The notes under the pieces were generated by a model. It saw only the letters and a program-made list of their open reading frames with translations. It was not told where the DNA came from and searched no databases. The position numbers were made by a program, and so were the translations under genes. From the NCBI GenBank assembly GCA_016204695.1, contig JACQKD010000001.1, positions 68,976-132,975 on the forward strand: a stretch of 64,000 bases of DNA, given 5' to 3'. This DNA is from Candidatus Kaiserbacteria bacterium. Lineage in GTDB: Bacteria; Patescibacteriota; Minisyncoccia; Phycocordibacterales; UBA918. Shown piece after piece: positions 1 through 9,359 of this stretch (position 1 is the stretch's first letter; every line of letters begins with the position of its first letter).

Positions 1-2833
1 TCGTTTTCCGCAGATCATCGGCAGAAAGCCGCTGATCGACCTTGATGCGATTGCGATCGTGAAAGAGATCCTCGACGAGCTTCGCCCGGCACTTTTGCGT
101 CCGCACGGGAAACCAGATTTTTATGTGCGAGATATCTTGGGCAAGCTCTCTGAAGTCAAACGTGAGCACGTCACTCCTGCAGTTTTGAAAGAACGGATTG
201 CACAGGAGCGTACTCGCATCGAACACGAGCCCGACCTGTATCACCAAAAGGGTGCGTACAAAGGAAAGATGAAAGGCGCGTACGTGCAGGAGCTTCGTTC
301 GCTCGACAAGGCGGTGGAATTTGCCGATGTATACGAACGGTACGAACAAGCGCTTGCCGAAAAAGAATACTACGACTATGAAGACACGATCATCGCGGTG
401 ATCGAGACGCTTGCGAAAGACGAGGAACTGAAACTTATCATCCAAGAGGAGTACCAATACATTCTCGCGGACGAGCATCAGGACGCCAACGGCAGTCAGA
501 ACGAGCTGTTGATACTGCTCTCCGATTTTCATGAGTCACCCAATTTGTTCATCGTTGGAGACGAAAAGCAGGCGATCTATCGCTTCCAAGGCGCGTCGCT
601 TGAAAACTTTTTCTCGTTTCAACGGCGATACAAAGATGCGGTACTTATTCCGCTTGCCGAAAACTATCGCTCGACCCAGCGCATTCTCGATGCGGCGCAC
701 AGGATTATTGAGTCTTCGTACAGTGGCGATGGGGATGCGCCGGAGCGGGTGAGGCTCGCCGCGCGAGCGGGACACGAGGAACAGCAGGTGCGGTATCTGC
801 GCGCGCCGGACGAAGACGCGGAGCATGCGGCTGTTGCGGAAGGGGTTGCGCAGTGTGTGCGGGACGGCACGCCGGTGGGGGAGATCGCGATTCTTGTGCG
901 GCGCAACAGCGAGATCGGCGCGATCACCGACGCGCTCGTCCGAGCCGGCGTGCCGCACGTGGGGCATAGTGAAGATCCGGTGCTCGCGCATCCTGTGGTA
1001 CGGGGTCTGCTCGCGATTCTTGCCGCCGTCGCGCATTTTGGGGACGATGCATATCTCTATCCCGTACTTGTATTGCCGTACAGCGGTCTCTCAAATCTTG
1101 ATGTATATCGCCTCATGTCTGCTCCCCGTACGCGACACGGAGGCTTCTATGAGCTTCTGAATGATGAGGAGACAGTGAAAGATATCGGAGTGCGGGATCC
1201 GGCGGCGGCAAAAGCGTTGTATGCATTTCTTGACGCGACGGCTCGCACCGTGCGCGAGCCGTCGCTCGTCTCCCGTATCGAGCAAGTATACGTTCGCTCC
1301 GGTTGTCTCGCATACGTCCTCACACGAAAGGACGCGCTTGCCGCACATGATACGATACGCGCCTTTTTTCGGTATGTACGGTCGCTCATTGATGCACATC
1401 CGACATGGGGGCTGACGGATCTCCTTGCGCGACTTGAAGAGGCAAAGGAATATCGCCTTTCGGTTGCCTGCGCGCACCATCACTCGGAGAATGCGGTCTC
1501 GGTCATGACCGTACATCGCGCCAAGGGCATGGAATTCGATCATGTATTCATTCCGCATCTCTCCGACCGGCTCTGGGGCGCATACCGCCGGTCGGAGCAT
1601 CTATCTCTGCCTGTCTTTTCCTCTCTACCAAAGAGAATGCGTCAAAAAATCTCTCATATGCGCGGCGCCGAGGAGCGAGAACACGAGGCGTATACAACAT
1701 ACGATGAGGGTTCGAGTGACGAAGGCAACAAAGCAGATGAGGATTTTAGGATGCATTCTGCCGAAGACGACGAGCGGCGCCTACTGTATGTCGCCATGAC
1801 GCGCGCCCGGAAGACGCTGACGCTCTCGCATGCCGATATCGGCGCCGACGGCAACGAGCAAGTACCGTCTCGGTACCTTGCGGAACTCGAAGGGGAGCAT
1901 GTCACGCAAGTATTGGTCGCCCCCGCGGATGTGCAGACATTTGCGGCGGCTATCGGTGGAGAAACGCCGATCGGGCTTTCAGAGGAAGAAAAGGCGTTTC
2001 TGCGCAAGCGGCTCACGGAGCAGGGACTTTCCGTCTCAGGGTTGAATGATTATCTTGAGTCGCCATGGAAGTATTTTTTCCGGCATCTGCTTCGCGTCCC
2101 GGAGGTGCAACCGCCGCATCTGTCGTACGGCACGGCGATGGATGAGACATTGAAGTGGTATACCGATAAACGAAAGGACGGGCACGTACCGGCCGTTGAT
2201 GAAGTGATGCGACGATTTACCGGTGCACTGTCGCACCAGCCGCTCTCACAGAAAGATTTTGAAACGTATCGTGCGCGCGGCGAGGGTGCGCTTGCCGGGT
2301 ATCTCGCGCAGTATGCGGATGCGTGGCATGTCGACAGCGAGAGCGCGGTGCGCATCCGCGTCCCGTTTGAGACCGGTATTGAGGAGCTCCCCGTGATCAC
2401 CTTGCGCGGCGAACTCGATAAGGTTGAACGGCTTGATCCGCCGGCCGGCGGAGGCAGGGTCAAAATCGTGGACTACAAGACCGGTAAGCCCAAGACGCGC
2501 GGGGAGATAGAAGGAATGACGAAGACTTCGAACGGTAACCTCAAGCGCCAACTTGTTTTTTACACGCTGCTGCTCGAAACGGATACTGTCCGCGACTGGT
2601 GGGTTCATGAGACAATGCTGGATTTTGTTGAACCGGACAAGACAGGAAAGTATCATCGCGAGTCATTTATCACCACCAAGGACGATCTTGCGTCGCTCCG
2701 CGGGGTGATCTGTCAAACCGTTAAAGCGATTAATGACTTTTCCTTTTGGGACGACCCATGCGAGGTGGCAGACTGGGAGCTGAAAGGATGCGCGTTAGTC
2801 GAAGCTATCAAAAAAAGAAAAACATCTTTTTAG
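1..2833 (+). CDS. UvrD/PcrA-family SF1A helicase fused to a C-terminal PD-(D/E)XK nuclease (5' end outside the window)
   Basis: Motifs ILADEHQD, VGDEKQAIYRFQGA, ENYRS, TVHRAKGMEF and ERRLLYVAMTRA; C-terminal RGELDKV...IVDYKTG...QLVFY. The frame is open back to the window start and Walker A is absent, so the gene is truncated by the window edge. Confidence 0.92.
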   Translation, partial: RFPQIIGRKPLIDLDAIAIVKEILDELRPALLRPHGKPDFYVRDILGKLSEVKREHVTPAVLKERIAQERTRIEHEPDLYHQKGAYKGKMKGAYVQELRSLDKAVEFADVYERYEQALAEKEYYDYEDTIIAVIETLAKDEELKLIIQEEYQYILADEHQDANGSQNELLILLSDFHESPNLFIVGDEKQAIYRFQGASLENFFSFQRRYKDAVLIPLAENYRSTQRILDAAHRIIESSYSGDGDAPERVRLAARAGHEEQQVRYLRAPDEDAEHAAVAEGVAQCVRDGTPVGEIAILVRRNSEIGAITDALVRAGVPHVGHSEDPVLAHPVVRGLLAILAAVAHFGDDAYLYPVLVLPYSGLSNLDVYRLMSAPRTRHGGFYELLNDEETVKDIGVRDPAAAKALYAFLDATARTVREPSLVSRIEQVYVRSGCLAYVLTRKDALAAHDTIRAFFRYVRSLIDAHPTWGLTDLLARLEEAKEYRLSVACAHHHSENAVSVMTVHRAKGMEFDHVFIPHLSDRLWGAYRRSEHLSLPVFSSLPKRMRQKISHMRGAEEREHEAYTTYDEGSSDEGNKADEDFRMHSAEDDERRLLYVAMTRARKTLTLSHADIGADGNEQVPSRYLAELEGEHVTQVLVAPADVQTFAAAIGGETPIGLSEEEKAFLRKRLTEQGLSVSGLNDYLESPWKYFFRHLLRVPEVQPPHLSYGTAMDETLKWYTDKRKDGHVPAVDEVMRRFTGALSHQPLSQKDFETYRARGEGALAGYLAQYADAWHVDSESAVRIRVPFETGIEELPVITLRGELDKVERLDPPAGGGRVKIVDYKTGKPKTRGEIEGMTKTSNGNLKRQLVFYTLLLETDTVRDWWVHETMLDFVEPDKTGKYHRESFITTKDDLASLRGVICQTVKAINDFSFWDDPCEVADWELKGCALVEAIKKRKTSF
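1634..1759. repeat. 126-bp in-frame insertion with imperfect terminal inverted repeats inside the helicase gene
   Basis: AGAATGCGTCAAAAAATCTCTCATATGC (1634-1661) versus GCAGATGAGGATTTTAGGATGCATTCT (1733-1759); 42 codons lying between helicase motifs V and VI. Confidence 0.7.
2437..2452. repeat. 16-bp perfect palindrome TCCGCCGGCCGGCGGA (copy 1, intragenic)
   Basis: Identical to 53950-53965; encodes PPAGG between nuclease motifs. Confidence 0.8.
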
Positions 2834-2863
2834 TCTTTTCTGCCGGAGGCGATGACTTTGCCG

Positions 2864-3667
2864 TTACTCGGCTGATGTCGTATCCGACGCGGTCGGCTGG
2901 TCGGGTACCTGCTTGGTGAGATTGGCGAGTATTTCGTCGAGTCCCGAGACCATTTCGCCGGTGCGCCCACGGTAATTTTCAAACGGAATGGCGCCCGGAA
3001 GTTCGGTGAGTATTTCGTTGCCGGCAACAATGAGCGTGTGCGGTGTACCTTCGCCGCCTGCGGCAATCGCTTCCGTCACCGCAGAATCTATCGTGCTGTC
3101 ATACTTGCCGCTCTTGAAACAGAGCTCGAAACGGCCGCGATCGGCTCCCGCCTGCTCGGCGAATTCGGGAAGGCGACCCATGTCGGTGAAGCCGAGGTAG
3201 TCCTGCATCGTGCCCGTTTCCGGATCCTTTCTTTGCTCGATCGGCTTTCCATCAAATACAAGGTCGGTGAATTTCCAGAATGCTTCATTGCCGCCTATCT
3301 CCGCGACGCACTCGCTGGCCGCGGCGATCTTGAATGCATTCGGATGCAGTTGCTTCAGCGGGAAGTGGCGATACACCCACGCGACCTTGCCGTTGGCGCC
3401 GTATTTTTCGATTGCGCGACGCATTGTCGTATGGAACTGACTGCAGAACGGACAGTCATAGTCGGAATACTCGACGACGACGATTGGTGCGTTCGGATTT
3501 CCTCGGACGTGATCCTTGTCATCGATGGGACGTACGGTAACTTCTTCTTTTGTCGGCGTGACGGTTGTCGAGGGGGTCTTGTTTCTGCCGTTGAGATAGA
3601 TCGCTCCGGCGATCAGTGCGGCGGCAACGACGATGGCGACAGGTACGGCAAACGAGCTTTTATTCAT
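2864..3667 (-). CDS. DsbA/thioredoxin-like membrane-anchored oxidoreductase
   Basis: N-terminal TM helix, EYSDYDCPFC, YRHFPL, GTP cis-Pro loop; start set at MNKSSF. Confidence 0.9.
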   Translation of the reverse strand: MNKSSFAVPVAIVVAAALIAGAIYLNGRNKTPSTTVTPTKEEVTVRPIDDKDHVRGNPNAPIVVVEYSDYDCPFCSQFHTTMRRAIEKYGANGKVAWVYRHFPLKQLHPNAFKIAAASECVAEIGGNEAFWKFTDLVFDGKPIEQRKDPETGTMQDYLGFTDMGRLPEFAEQAGADRGRFELCFKSGKYDSTIDSAVTEAIAAGGEGTPHTLIVAGNEILTELPGAIPFENYRGRTGEMVSGLDEILANLTKQVPDQPTASDTTSAE

Positions 3668-3743
3668 ATGGAAAATTTGCTTACAATAGACGTTTCCCAG
3701 TATAGCATATCTGTCGGGGTGGTATACTGCCCGTGCAAAACCT

Positions 3744-4556
3744 ATGGAATTCATCGTCGCGGCAGTACTAGGGCTCGTGCAGGGCATTACCGAGTTTCTC
3801 CCGGTTTCCTCGACCGGGCATCTTATTCTCGCCCGGGCCTTCTTGGGAGTGGAAGGGGCGGGCAGTCTCGCATTTGACGCGATACTGCATCTTGCGACCG
3901 CGCTCGCGGCGGTCACGTACTTTCGTCGCGACATCTGGTTGCTCGTTCAGACGTTTCTTCGCTACGTGGGCATGCTTCCGGTCGGCGGACGGGATGTCTC
4001 GCTCCTCTTTGCGGTTATTTTCGGCACGATCCCGGCGGCGATTGCGGGACTGTTTCTTGAGGAGTTGATGGAAACGGTATTTCGCTCTCCGCTCATCGTG
4101 GCGGCGATGCTGGTCGCTGGCGCAGTCCTGCTCGGTGCGGCGGAGTATGTGCATGCGCGCAAGCATCTGTTCAAAAAACATGTCACCGTCCAAAGCGGGG
4201 TGATCGTCGGCCTCTTCCAGACGCTGGCGCTGATCCCCGGAGTGTCCCGCTCGGGCGCCTCGATTTCAGGAGGTCTGTTCACGGGTCTTACGCGCGCCGA
4301 TGCGACCCGGTTCGCCTTTCTGCTCGCGATTCCCGTACTTCTCGGTGCCGGCGTTAAAAAGACACTCGAACTGCTTTCTCATGGAGAAGATGTTTTCTGG
4401 GCCCCCATTCTTTTTGGTGCGTTGGTCGCTTTCGCGGTCGGTTTCGGCGCGATCCATTTTATGATCACCTACTTGCGCCGTCACACCTTCTGGCCGTTCA
4501 TCTGGTACCGCGTTCTGCTCGCGGCTGTTGTCGCTTTACTCGTATTTGCCGGGTAG
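3744..4556 (+). CDS. uppP: Undecaprenyl-diphosphatase
   Basis: QGITEFLPVSSTGH and PGVSRSG motifs; multi-TM. Confidence 0.95.
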   Translation: MEFIVAAVLGLVQGITEFLPVSSTGHLILARAFLGVEGAGSLAFDAILHLATALAAVTYFRRDIWLLVQTFLRYVGMLPVGGRDVSLLFAVIFGTIPAAIAGLFLEELMETVFRSPLIVAAMLVAGAVLLGAAEYVHARKHLFKKHVTVQSGVIVGLFQTLALIPGVSRSGASISGGLFTGLTRADATRFAFLLAIPVLLGAGVKKTLELLSHGEDVFWAPILFGALVAFAVGFGAIHFMITYLRRHTFWPFIWYRVLLAAVVALLVFAG

Positions 4557-4641
4557 TTCCGGATACCGAAATATTAAAACGAACGAACCCACCATATCTC
4601 CAATGGTGGGTCGTGAAAACGGGTTATAGGTTGAGGAACAT

Positions 4642-5409
4642 TCACTCGAGGAACTTGACTTGGGTGCGAACTACTGCCCCACCCGAAACTCGGAATTGGT
4701 GGATGTCGTCCACCCCGTTGTAACCGGCTTGTAAAAAGGGACCAACTCGAATTTTCCCCTTTTTGGAGACTGGGAACAACAACTCGCCATTCAGTCCCCA
4801 AACCGGCCCGTCCCCCGGGGCAGTAGTATCGAGCCATTTCCAGACGCCGACCCCAAGCACTAGAGTCGGATCTCCCGGTAGGCCGAGTTTTGTCGATAAG
4901 GTTGCGCCTGTCGCGATTGACAACCAATTCTTGCCTGGGGTCAGCAGGCGTTGGTAGTCAACTTCACCCCAAAGATTCAAGTAACTGACGTCTTCCACGA
5001 GAGAAAAACCGCGAGAGACCTTCAGGCGGGCATCGAACGTGTGAAAGTTTCCAGCGCCTTCGATAACATACGCGTATCCTGCCCCGCTTACGGCGAAGGT
5101 CAAGCCAAGAGCTTCGAACTCGTCTCCTACGCGGAGATCGATCTCTCTCCCGCCTTTACCTCGCAGTGGTAGGAGTCCGAAAAAATCTACGAACAGGCCT
5201 GTTTCCTGGTGGAGGCAGCTGGCCACTGTCGAAAAGGCAGGACCCTTGCCAGCGAATGTCCCTGTGTTGCCAAATAACGCCTGTGAAGTCACTTTGCCCA
5301 GACCAAAGCAAGAGAGTCCCTTTTTGGCCTCCTGTGCGCTGACAATCTCAACGAGGGTGGACAGACCGAGCATGAGAGCAACAACCGTAGTCAGTACGTT
5401 CCGGTACAC
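4642..5409 (-). CDS. Secreted beta-strand-rich protein, TorF/beta-barrel-like
   Basis: AGGAGG upstream of GTG at 5409; signal peptide; alternating hydrophobic strands; GPAF...HQETGLF...EIDLRVG pattern. Confidence 0.55.
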   Translation of the reverse strand: MYRNVLTTVVALMLGLSTLVEIVSAQEAKKGLSCFGLGKVTSQALFGNTGTFAGKGPAFSTVASCLHQETGLFVDFFGLLPLRGKGGREIDLRVGDEFEALGLTFAVSGAGYAYVIEGAGNFHTFDARLKVSRGFSLVEDVSYLNLWGEVDYQRLLTPGKNWLSIATGATLSTKLGLPGDPTLVLGVGVWKWLDTTAPGDGPVWGLNGELLFPVSKKGKIRVGPFLQAGYNGVDDIHQFRVSGGAVVRTQVKFLE

Positions 5410-5532
5410 TGGACACCTCCTGTGGTGTTTTTTTGGTAATAGACAGATCAGCGTCTGAGACCAACGCCGATGCGATTTTAACACGACTTGATCTATGTGT
5501 CAAATAGTGTGGTGACCGGTACCACCAATGTA

Positions 5533-6111
5533 CTAGAACGGGAGGGAGTGGGTCATGGCAGTATTGTTTGTCTGCGGTTGCCAGCGGGAGGTGTCTATGG
5601 GGATGTCTCGTTTTTTGAGTCCTTCTTTGATGTGGAGCTTGTTGTTCGCGAGCGCGTATTCGAAGAGGCGTTTGGTGAGCTCGACATCCATCTGACAGTA
5701 TTTTTTTATCTTTTCTATCTCGCCTTGCTTCCACCATTGGATGGCTTGCAAGCCGTTCCCGCTTTTACCTGCGCCGAGTGTGGCTTGTGCGACGGAGTCG
5801 AGGCGCACGCGTCTGCCGAACGAATCTTTGATGGCTTCAAGGAGGTCAATGCTCTGGATATGGAGCAGTGAGCCGGGATAGTATTTATTTAACAGGGGAA
5901 TGTCGAAGTGATTGGAATTGTATCCGACGAGTGCGTCGGCGTGTTCGAAAATCGGCCAGAGCCGCTCAAGTTCGTGGATGCTCACTGTGGTGTATGCGTC
6001 TGTCCCGGAGTCGTACGCGGAGACGACGGAGATGTCGAGCATGGCCGGGTCGTGCGTGCCGATATCATCAAACATGTTTTGTGTTTCGACATCAAAAACA
6101 ACGTAGCGCAT
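5533..6111 (-). CDS. RNase H-like / DEDD 3'-5' exonuclease (YprB-like)
   Basis: VVFDVET, GYNSNHFD and YCQMDV motifs. Confidence 0.85.
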   Translation of the reverse strand: MRYVVFDVETQNMFDDIGTHDPAMLDISVVSAYDSGTDAYTTVSIHELERLWPIFEHADALVGYNSNHFDIPLLNKYYPGSLLHIQSIDLLEAIKDSFGRRVRLDSVAQATLGAGKSGNGLQAIQWWKQGEIEKIKKYCQMDVELTKRLFEYALANNKLHIKEGLKKRDIPIDTSRWQPQTNNTAMTHSLPF

Positions 6112-6140
6112 AAGGTAAAAGGAATGTTTGGGCCGCAACC

Positions 6141-6374
6141 GGCTCCGACTGCAAAGTATTTTGGAGCACGCGTCGGCTCGTCCTGCGACTCGCCGCGCTC
6201 CCGCCTTACAGGCGCTGTACACCTTGCGGATATTTTACCTCGACATTCGTCTCGTAAAATATCTCGCAAGGTCTTGCGCCGCTTCGCGGCTCACTCGCCG
6301 CCCCATCCGGTCTTCAGACCGGAACCATGCTGGGGCGGCTCCGAGAGTCTCCAAAATACTTTGCAGTCGGAGCC
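6141..6374. mobile_element. 234-bp MITE-like structured element with perfect 26-bp terminal inverted repeats
   Basis: GGCTCCGACTGCAAAGTATTTTGGAG (6141-6166) and its exact reverse complement (6349-6374); several internal hairpins; abuts the hisS stop codon. Confidence 0.75.
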
Positions 6375-7607
6375 TTACCTGATTTTTTCGATAAGCTCGG
6401 CAATTGTACCACGTACCTCTTCGCCGGAAGACATATTGCGGAGGGTGTACGTGCCGGAGGCGACTTCATCGTCTCCGACGACGATAACGTATGGAATATT
6501 TCGCTTTGCGGCTTGGGCGATTTGGTCTTTGAGCTTTCTGCCGGAGAAGTCAAATGCGATGGGGATGTCGTGTCCCCGTATTTCTTCGCGAACGAGAAAT
6601 GCTTCGTCGATGGCGGCAGGCGAGGCGACAAGCAACATGACGCGCGGGCCGATTGCGAGGTTGGGCAGGAGTTTGTGTGTCTCCAAAAAATCGCGCATGG
6701 TGACATCTCCCATGCCGAAGCCGATTGCCGGGATGGAGTCGCCGCCGAACAGCGTGGTGAGATTGTTGTACCGGCCGCCGCCGAAAAGCGAGCGGTTGTT
6801 CTCAGGCGACGTGTCGAATACTTCAAAGACGATGCCGTCGTAGTAGTCGAATCCGCGGACGATTGAGGGTCTGAATTCGACATTGCGGACGCCAAGCTCA
6901 CCAAGCGCGGCAAGGCATGCCGAGAGGCGTTCGTTCATCAGGCCGTTGAGCTCGCGCTCATCAAGCGGCTTGCCGATGATCTCGGATGCTTCTTCCGCAA
7001 ACGTCGCGATTTTTTCCTTGCGGTCGAGGAGCTTGTACATCTTGTGGGTTTGTTCTTCGTTGAGCGCGAGCGTTTTCGAGAAGTATTCGTTCAGCAGCCC
7101 GCGGTCGTTGACGCAGATGACGAAATCGTCGTCTTGCGCGCCGAATTTCTTGAGAATGTGATAGGCGAGCGCGATGATTTCGGCGTCCGCGTATTGGTTG
7201 TCCGCACCGAAAATATCGCAGTTGAGTTGCCAGTGTTCACGCAGGCGGCCGCGCTGGGTGCGCTCGTAGCGGAAGAGGTTGGGAATGGAGTACCAGCGGA
7301 GCGGGAAGGAAAGCTCGCGGCGGCGCGCGGCGACCATGCGCGCGACGGTCGGCGTCATTTCCGGCCGGAGCGTGACTTCACGGTCGCCGCGGTCGCGGAA
7401 GGTGTATGTCTGCTCGTTGACGATTTCCTCGCCGGTCTTGGCGCGGTAGAGCTCGGCCGGTTCAAGTACGGAGGCATCGTATCGCTCAAAGCCATACGAT
7501 TCGGCGACATTCGCCCACGTGTCGAAGATATAACGCTGAATTGCCATATCCTCGGGATAGAAGTCGCGCACGCCTTTATACGGGTCTGTGGAAAGTTTGT
7601 CGGCCAT
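6375..7607 (-). CDS. hisS: Histidine--tRNA ligase
   Basis: KGVRDF, LRPEMT, FRYERTQRGRLREHWQ, RGFDYY, GGGRY. Confidence 0.97.
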   Translation of the reverse strand: MADKLSTDPYKGVRDFYPEDMAIQRYIFDTWANVAESYGFERYDASVLEPAELYRAKTGEEIVNEQTYTFRDRGDREVTLRPEMTPTVARMVAARRRELSFPLRWYSIPNLFRYERTQRGRLREHWQLNCDIFGADNQYADAEIIALAYHILKKFGAQDDDFVICVNDRGLLNEYFSKTLALNEEQTHKMYKLLDRKEKIATFAEEASEIIGKPLDERELNGLMNERLSACLAALGELGVRNVEFRPSIVRGFDYYDGIVFEVFDTSPENNRSLFGGGRYNNLTTLFGGDSIPAIGFGMGDVTMRDFLETHKLLPNLAIGPRVMLLVASPAAIDEAFLVREEIRGHDIPIAFDFSGRKLKDQIAQAAKRNIPYVIVVGDDEVASGTYTLRNMSSGEEVRGTIAELIEKIR

Positions 7608-7657
7608 AATTCCAAGATGAGCTTGATTGTACTCTTTTTGCTTGTTTGTTCAATGGA

Positions 7658-8248
7658 TTATAGTCCGCCGCGGTGATCCTGGAACCCGGCCTCATGGAGT
7701 TCGGCATGTCGTTCGGCCACGATCTTGTCGGCGGCTTCAAGGATGAGCGCTTTGATGTCGCGCGGATTCGGCGCGCCGTTCATGCGGAAGTCCACCTCGT
7801 GGCCTGCGGTTTGCGCGCGGATGTTGCCAAAGTCGAGCATGGTCGGAATGAAGCCGTTGATTTCGATGCTGATGTCTTGCATGCGCTCGTAGCGGAAGCT
7901 GGCGATAATACGCCGGAAGAAGCCCTGCTGATCGATCGTGATGATCCGCTGGTCGGTGATAATCCACATGTCGAGGTAGTAGTCGGTCCAGACGAGAAAG
8001 AGCATCATCCATGCGATGAGTCCCCATGCGGACACGAGGAACAATGCGCCGGTATTGGCGTAGTGGAAATGCTGGAGCAGAGGGATCCCGAGCACGACGT
8101 CTCCCGCAAACAGATAGACGCTTGTCGGTACGATAAGGAGCAGGAGCGGCACGGCGGTATCGCGCATGAGGATGAACCAGTGCTTACGCACGATCTTGAT
8201 GATCTCTTCGTTTTGCTCCAAATGAATGCGTTCGGCGAAAGGTTTCAT
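7658..8248 (-). CDS. Membrane protein with bacterial PH domain
   Basis: RKHW, two TM helices, WIITDQRII...QDI...FGNI pattern. Confidence 0.8.
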   Translation of the reverse strand: MKPFAERIHLEQNEEIIKIVRKHWFILMRDTAVPLLLLIVPTSVYLFAGDVVLGIPLLQHFHYANTGALFLVSAWGLIAWMMLFLVWTDYYLDMWIITDQRIITIDQQGFFRRIIASFRYERMQDISIEINGFIPTMLDFGNIRAQTAGHEVDFRMNGAPNPRDIKALILEAADKIVAERHAELHEAGFQDHRGGL

Positions 8249-8251
8249 ACG

Positions 8252-8464
8252 TCACAGGGTGGTTAGGACGGCAGTGCCCATGCCCGCGAAGAAACAGAGC
8301 GTACCGATAAGATAGACGGCGAGCGTCGGAGTGACAACGACACTGCTTTCCCCGTATGAGCGCCAGTGGTAGATAAGGAAGAAAGAAAAGAGCGTCGCCA
8401 CAAAAAGCATGATCAGAAAAAGGACCAACATGAGGGATGAAAAGGGGAGGGAAAACGCGAACAT
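8252..8464 (-). CDS. Small 2-TM membrane protein
   Basis: Hydrophobic ORF with YHWRSYG loop, adjacent and co-oriented with the PH-domain gene. Confidence 0.7.
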   Translation of the reverse strand: MFAFSLPFSSLMLVLFLIMLFVATLFSFFLIYHWRSYGESSVVVTPTLAVYLIGTLCFFAGMGTAVLTTL

Positions 8465-8549
8465 ACGAATGCTATATATTCTGCCATACCACAGCCGGTC
8501 TGTTTTGGCCAGTGGGGTATAGCTTCCGGTCGTGTACGGACGGACGTAC

Positions 8550-9311
8550 TCATGAGCGGGTCAGGACACTATATCGGTTTACGTTCCACTGATCGGGGAA
8601 GGTCTCGCACGAGGCGTATGTTGCTATGCAGGGGTGTGTATTGATGTACTCGGCTTGTTCCGGCTCGTGCTCGATGTAGAGCATGCCGCCGGGAGCGAGG
8701 TAGCCCAGCGCGTTCTCTAGGATGCGGGAAATATAGGTCATACCGTCGGTACCGCCAAGAATGGCTTGCGCCGGCTCATACTCCATGACACTTGCATCGA
8801 TCCGGTCGACCAATATCGGGTCAAGGTACGGAGGATTGGTAAGTATGAAATCGTACTGACTGCCCTGCGGTATTTCAGAAAAAAGGTCGCCGCCAAATAT
8901 GCGGATGCGGGAAGGGTCGATGCCGTTTTCTCGGATATTTTTTTCGATGGTCGGATGATGACGCGCGTCGATTTCTGCGAAATCGACGCGCGCCTCGGGT
9001 ACCGCGTGTGCTACCGCAACACCGATGCATCCCGACCCTGCGCAAAGGTCGAGGACGGAAACTCGCCCGTTTCTCTTTTTAATTTCAGCGATTGCGAGCT
9101 CCGTCCAGTACTCCGTCTCCGGTCTGGGTATGAGCGGCCGGGAATCCAGAAAAATAGCGGTGTTCAGAAAGGGGATGTGTCCGATGAGATAGGCAAGCGG
9201 CTCGCGCTCGAAGAGCCGCTTGCAGTCATCAAAAAAAGCCGGCGTTTCCACTCCGCCGTATTTCTCTCGGAGAAGCCATGCGCGTTCTTTTTGTTCGGTA
9301 TCTGTTTGCAT
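8550..9311 (-). CDS. prmC: Release factor glutamine methyltransferase (HemK)
   Basis: EPLAYLIG, LIPRPETE, DLCAGSGCIG, NPPY. Confidence 0.93.
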   Translation of the reverse strand: MQTDTEQKERAWLLREKYGGVETPAFFDDCKRLFEREPLAYLIGHIPFLNTAIFLDSRPLIPRPETEYWTELAIAEIKKRNGRVSVLDLCAGSGCIGVAVAHAVPEARVDFAEIDARHHPTIEKNIRENGIDPSRIRIFGGDLFSEIPQGSQYDFILTNPPYLDPILVDRIDASVMEYEPAQAILGGTDGMTYISRILENALGYLAPGGMLYIEHEPEQAEYINTHPCIATYASCETFPDQWNVNRYSVLTRS

Positions 9312-9359
9312 GTGTACATCTTTTGGTATCCGCGTGCGCTCTGCTACACTATATGCGAT

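Noticed and set aside
8962-8992. Perfect 14-bp inverted repeat inside prmC
   Set aside because: It encodes ordinary methyltransferase core sequence (ARVDFAEIDAR) with no sign of an insertion and no second copy; probably chance or local template switching.
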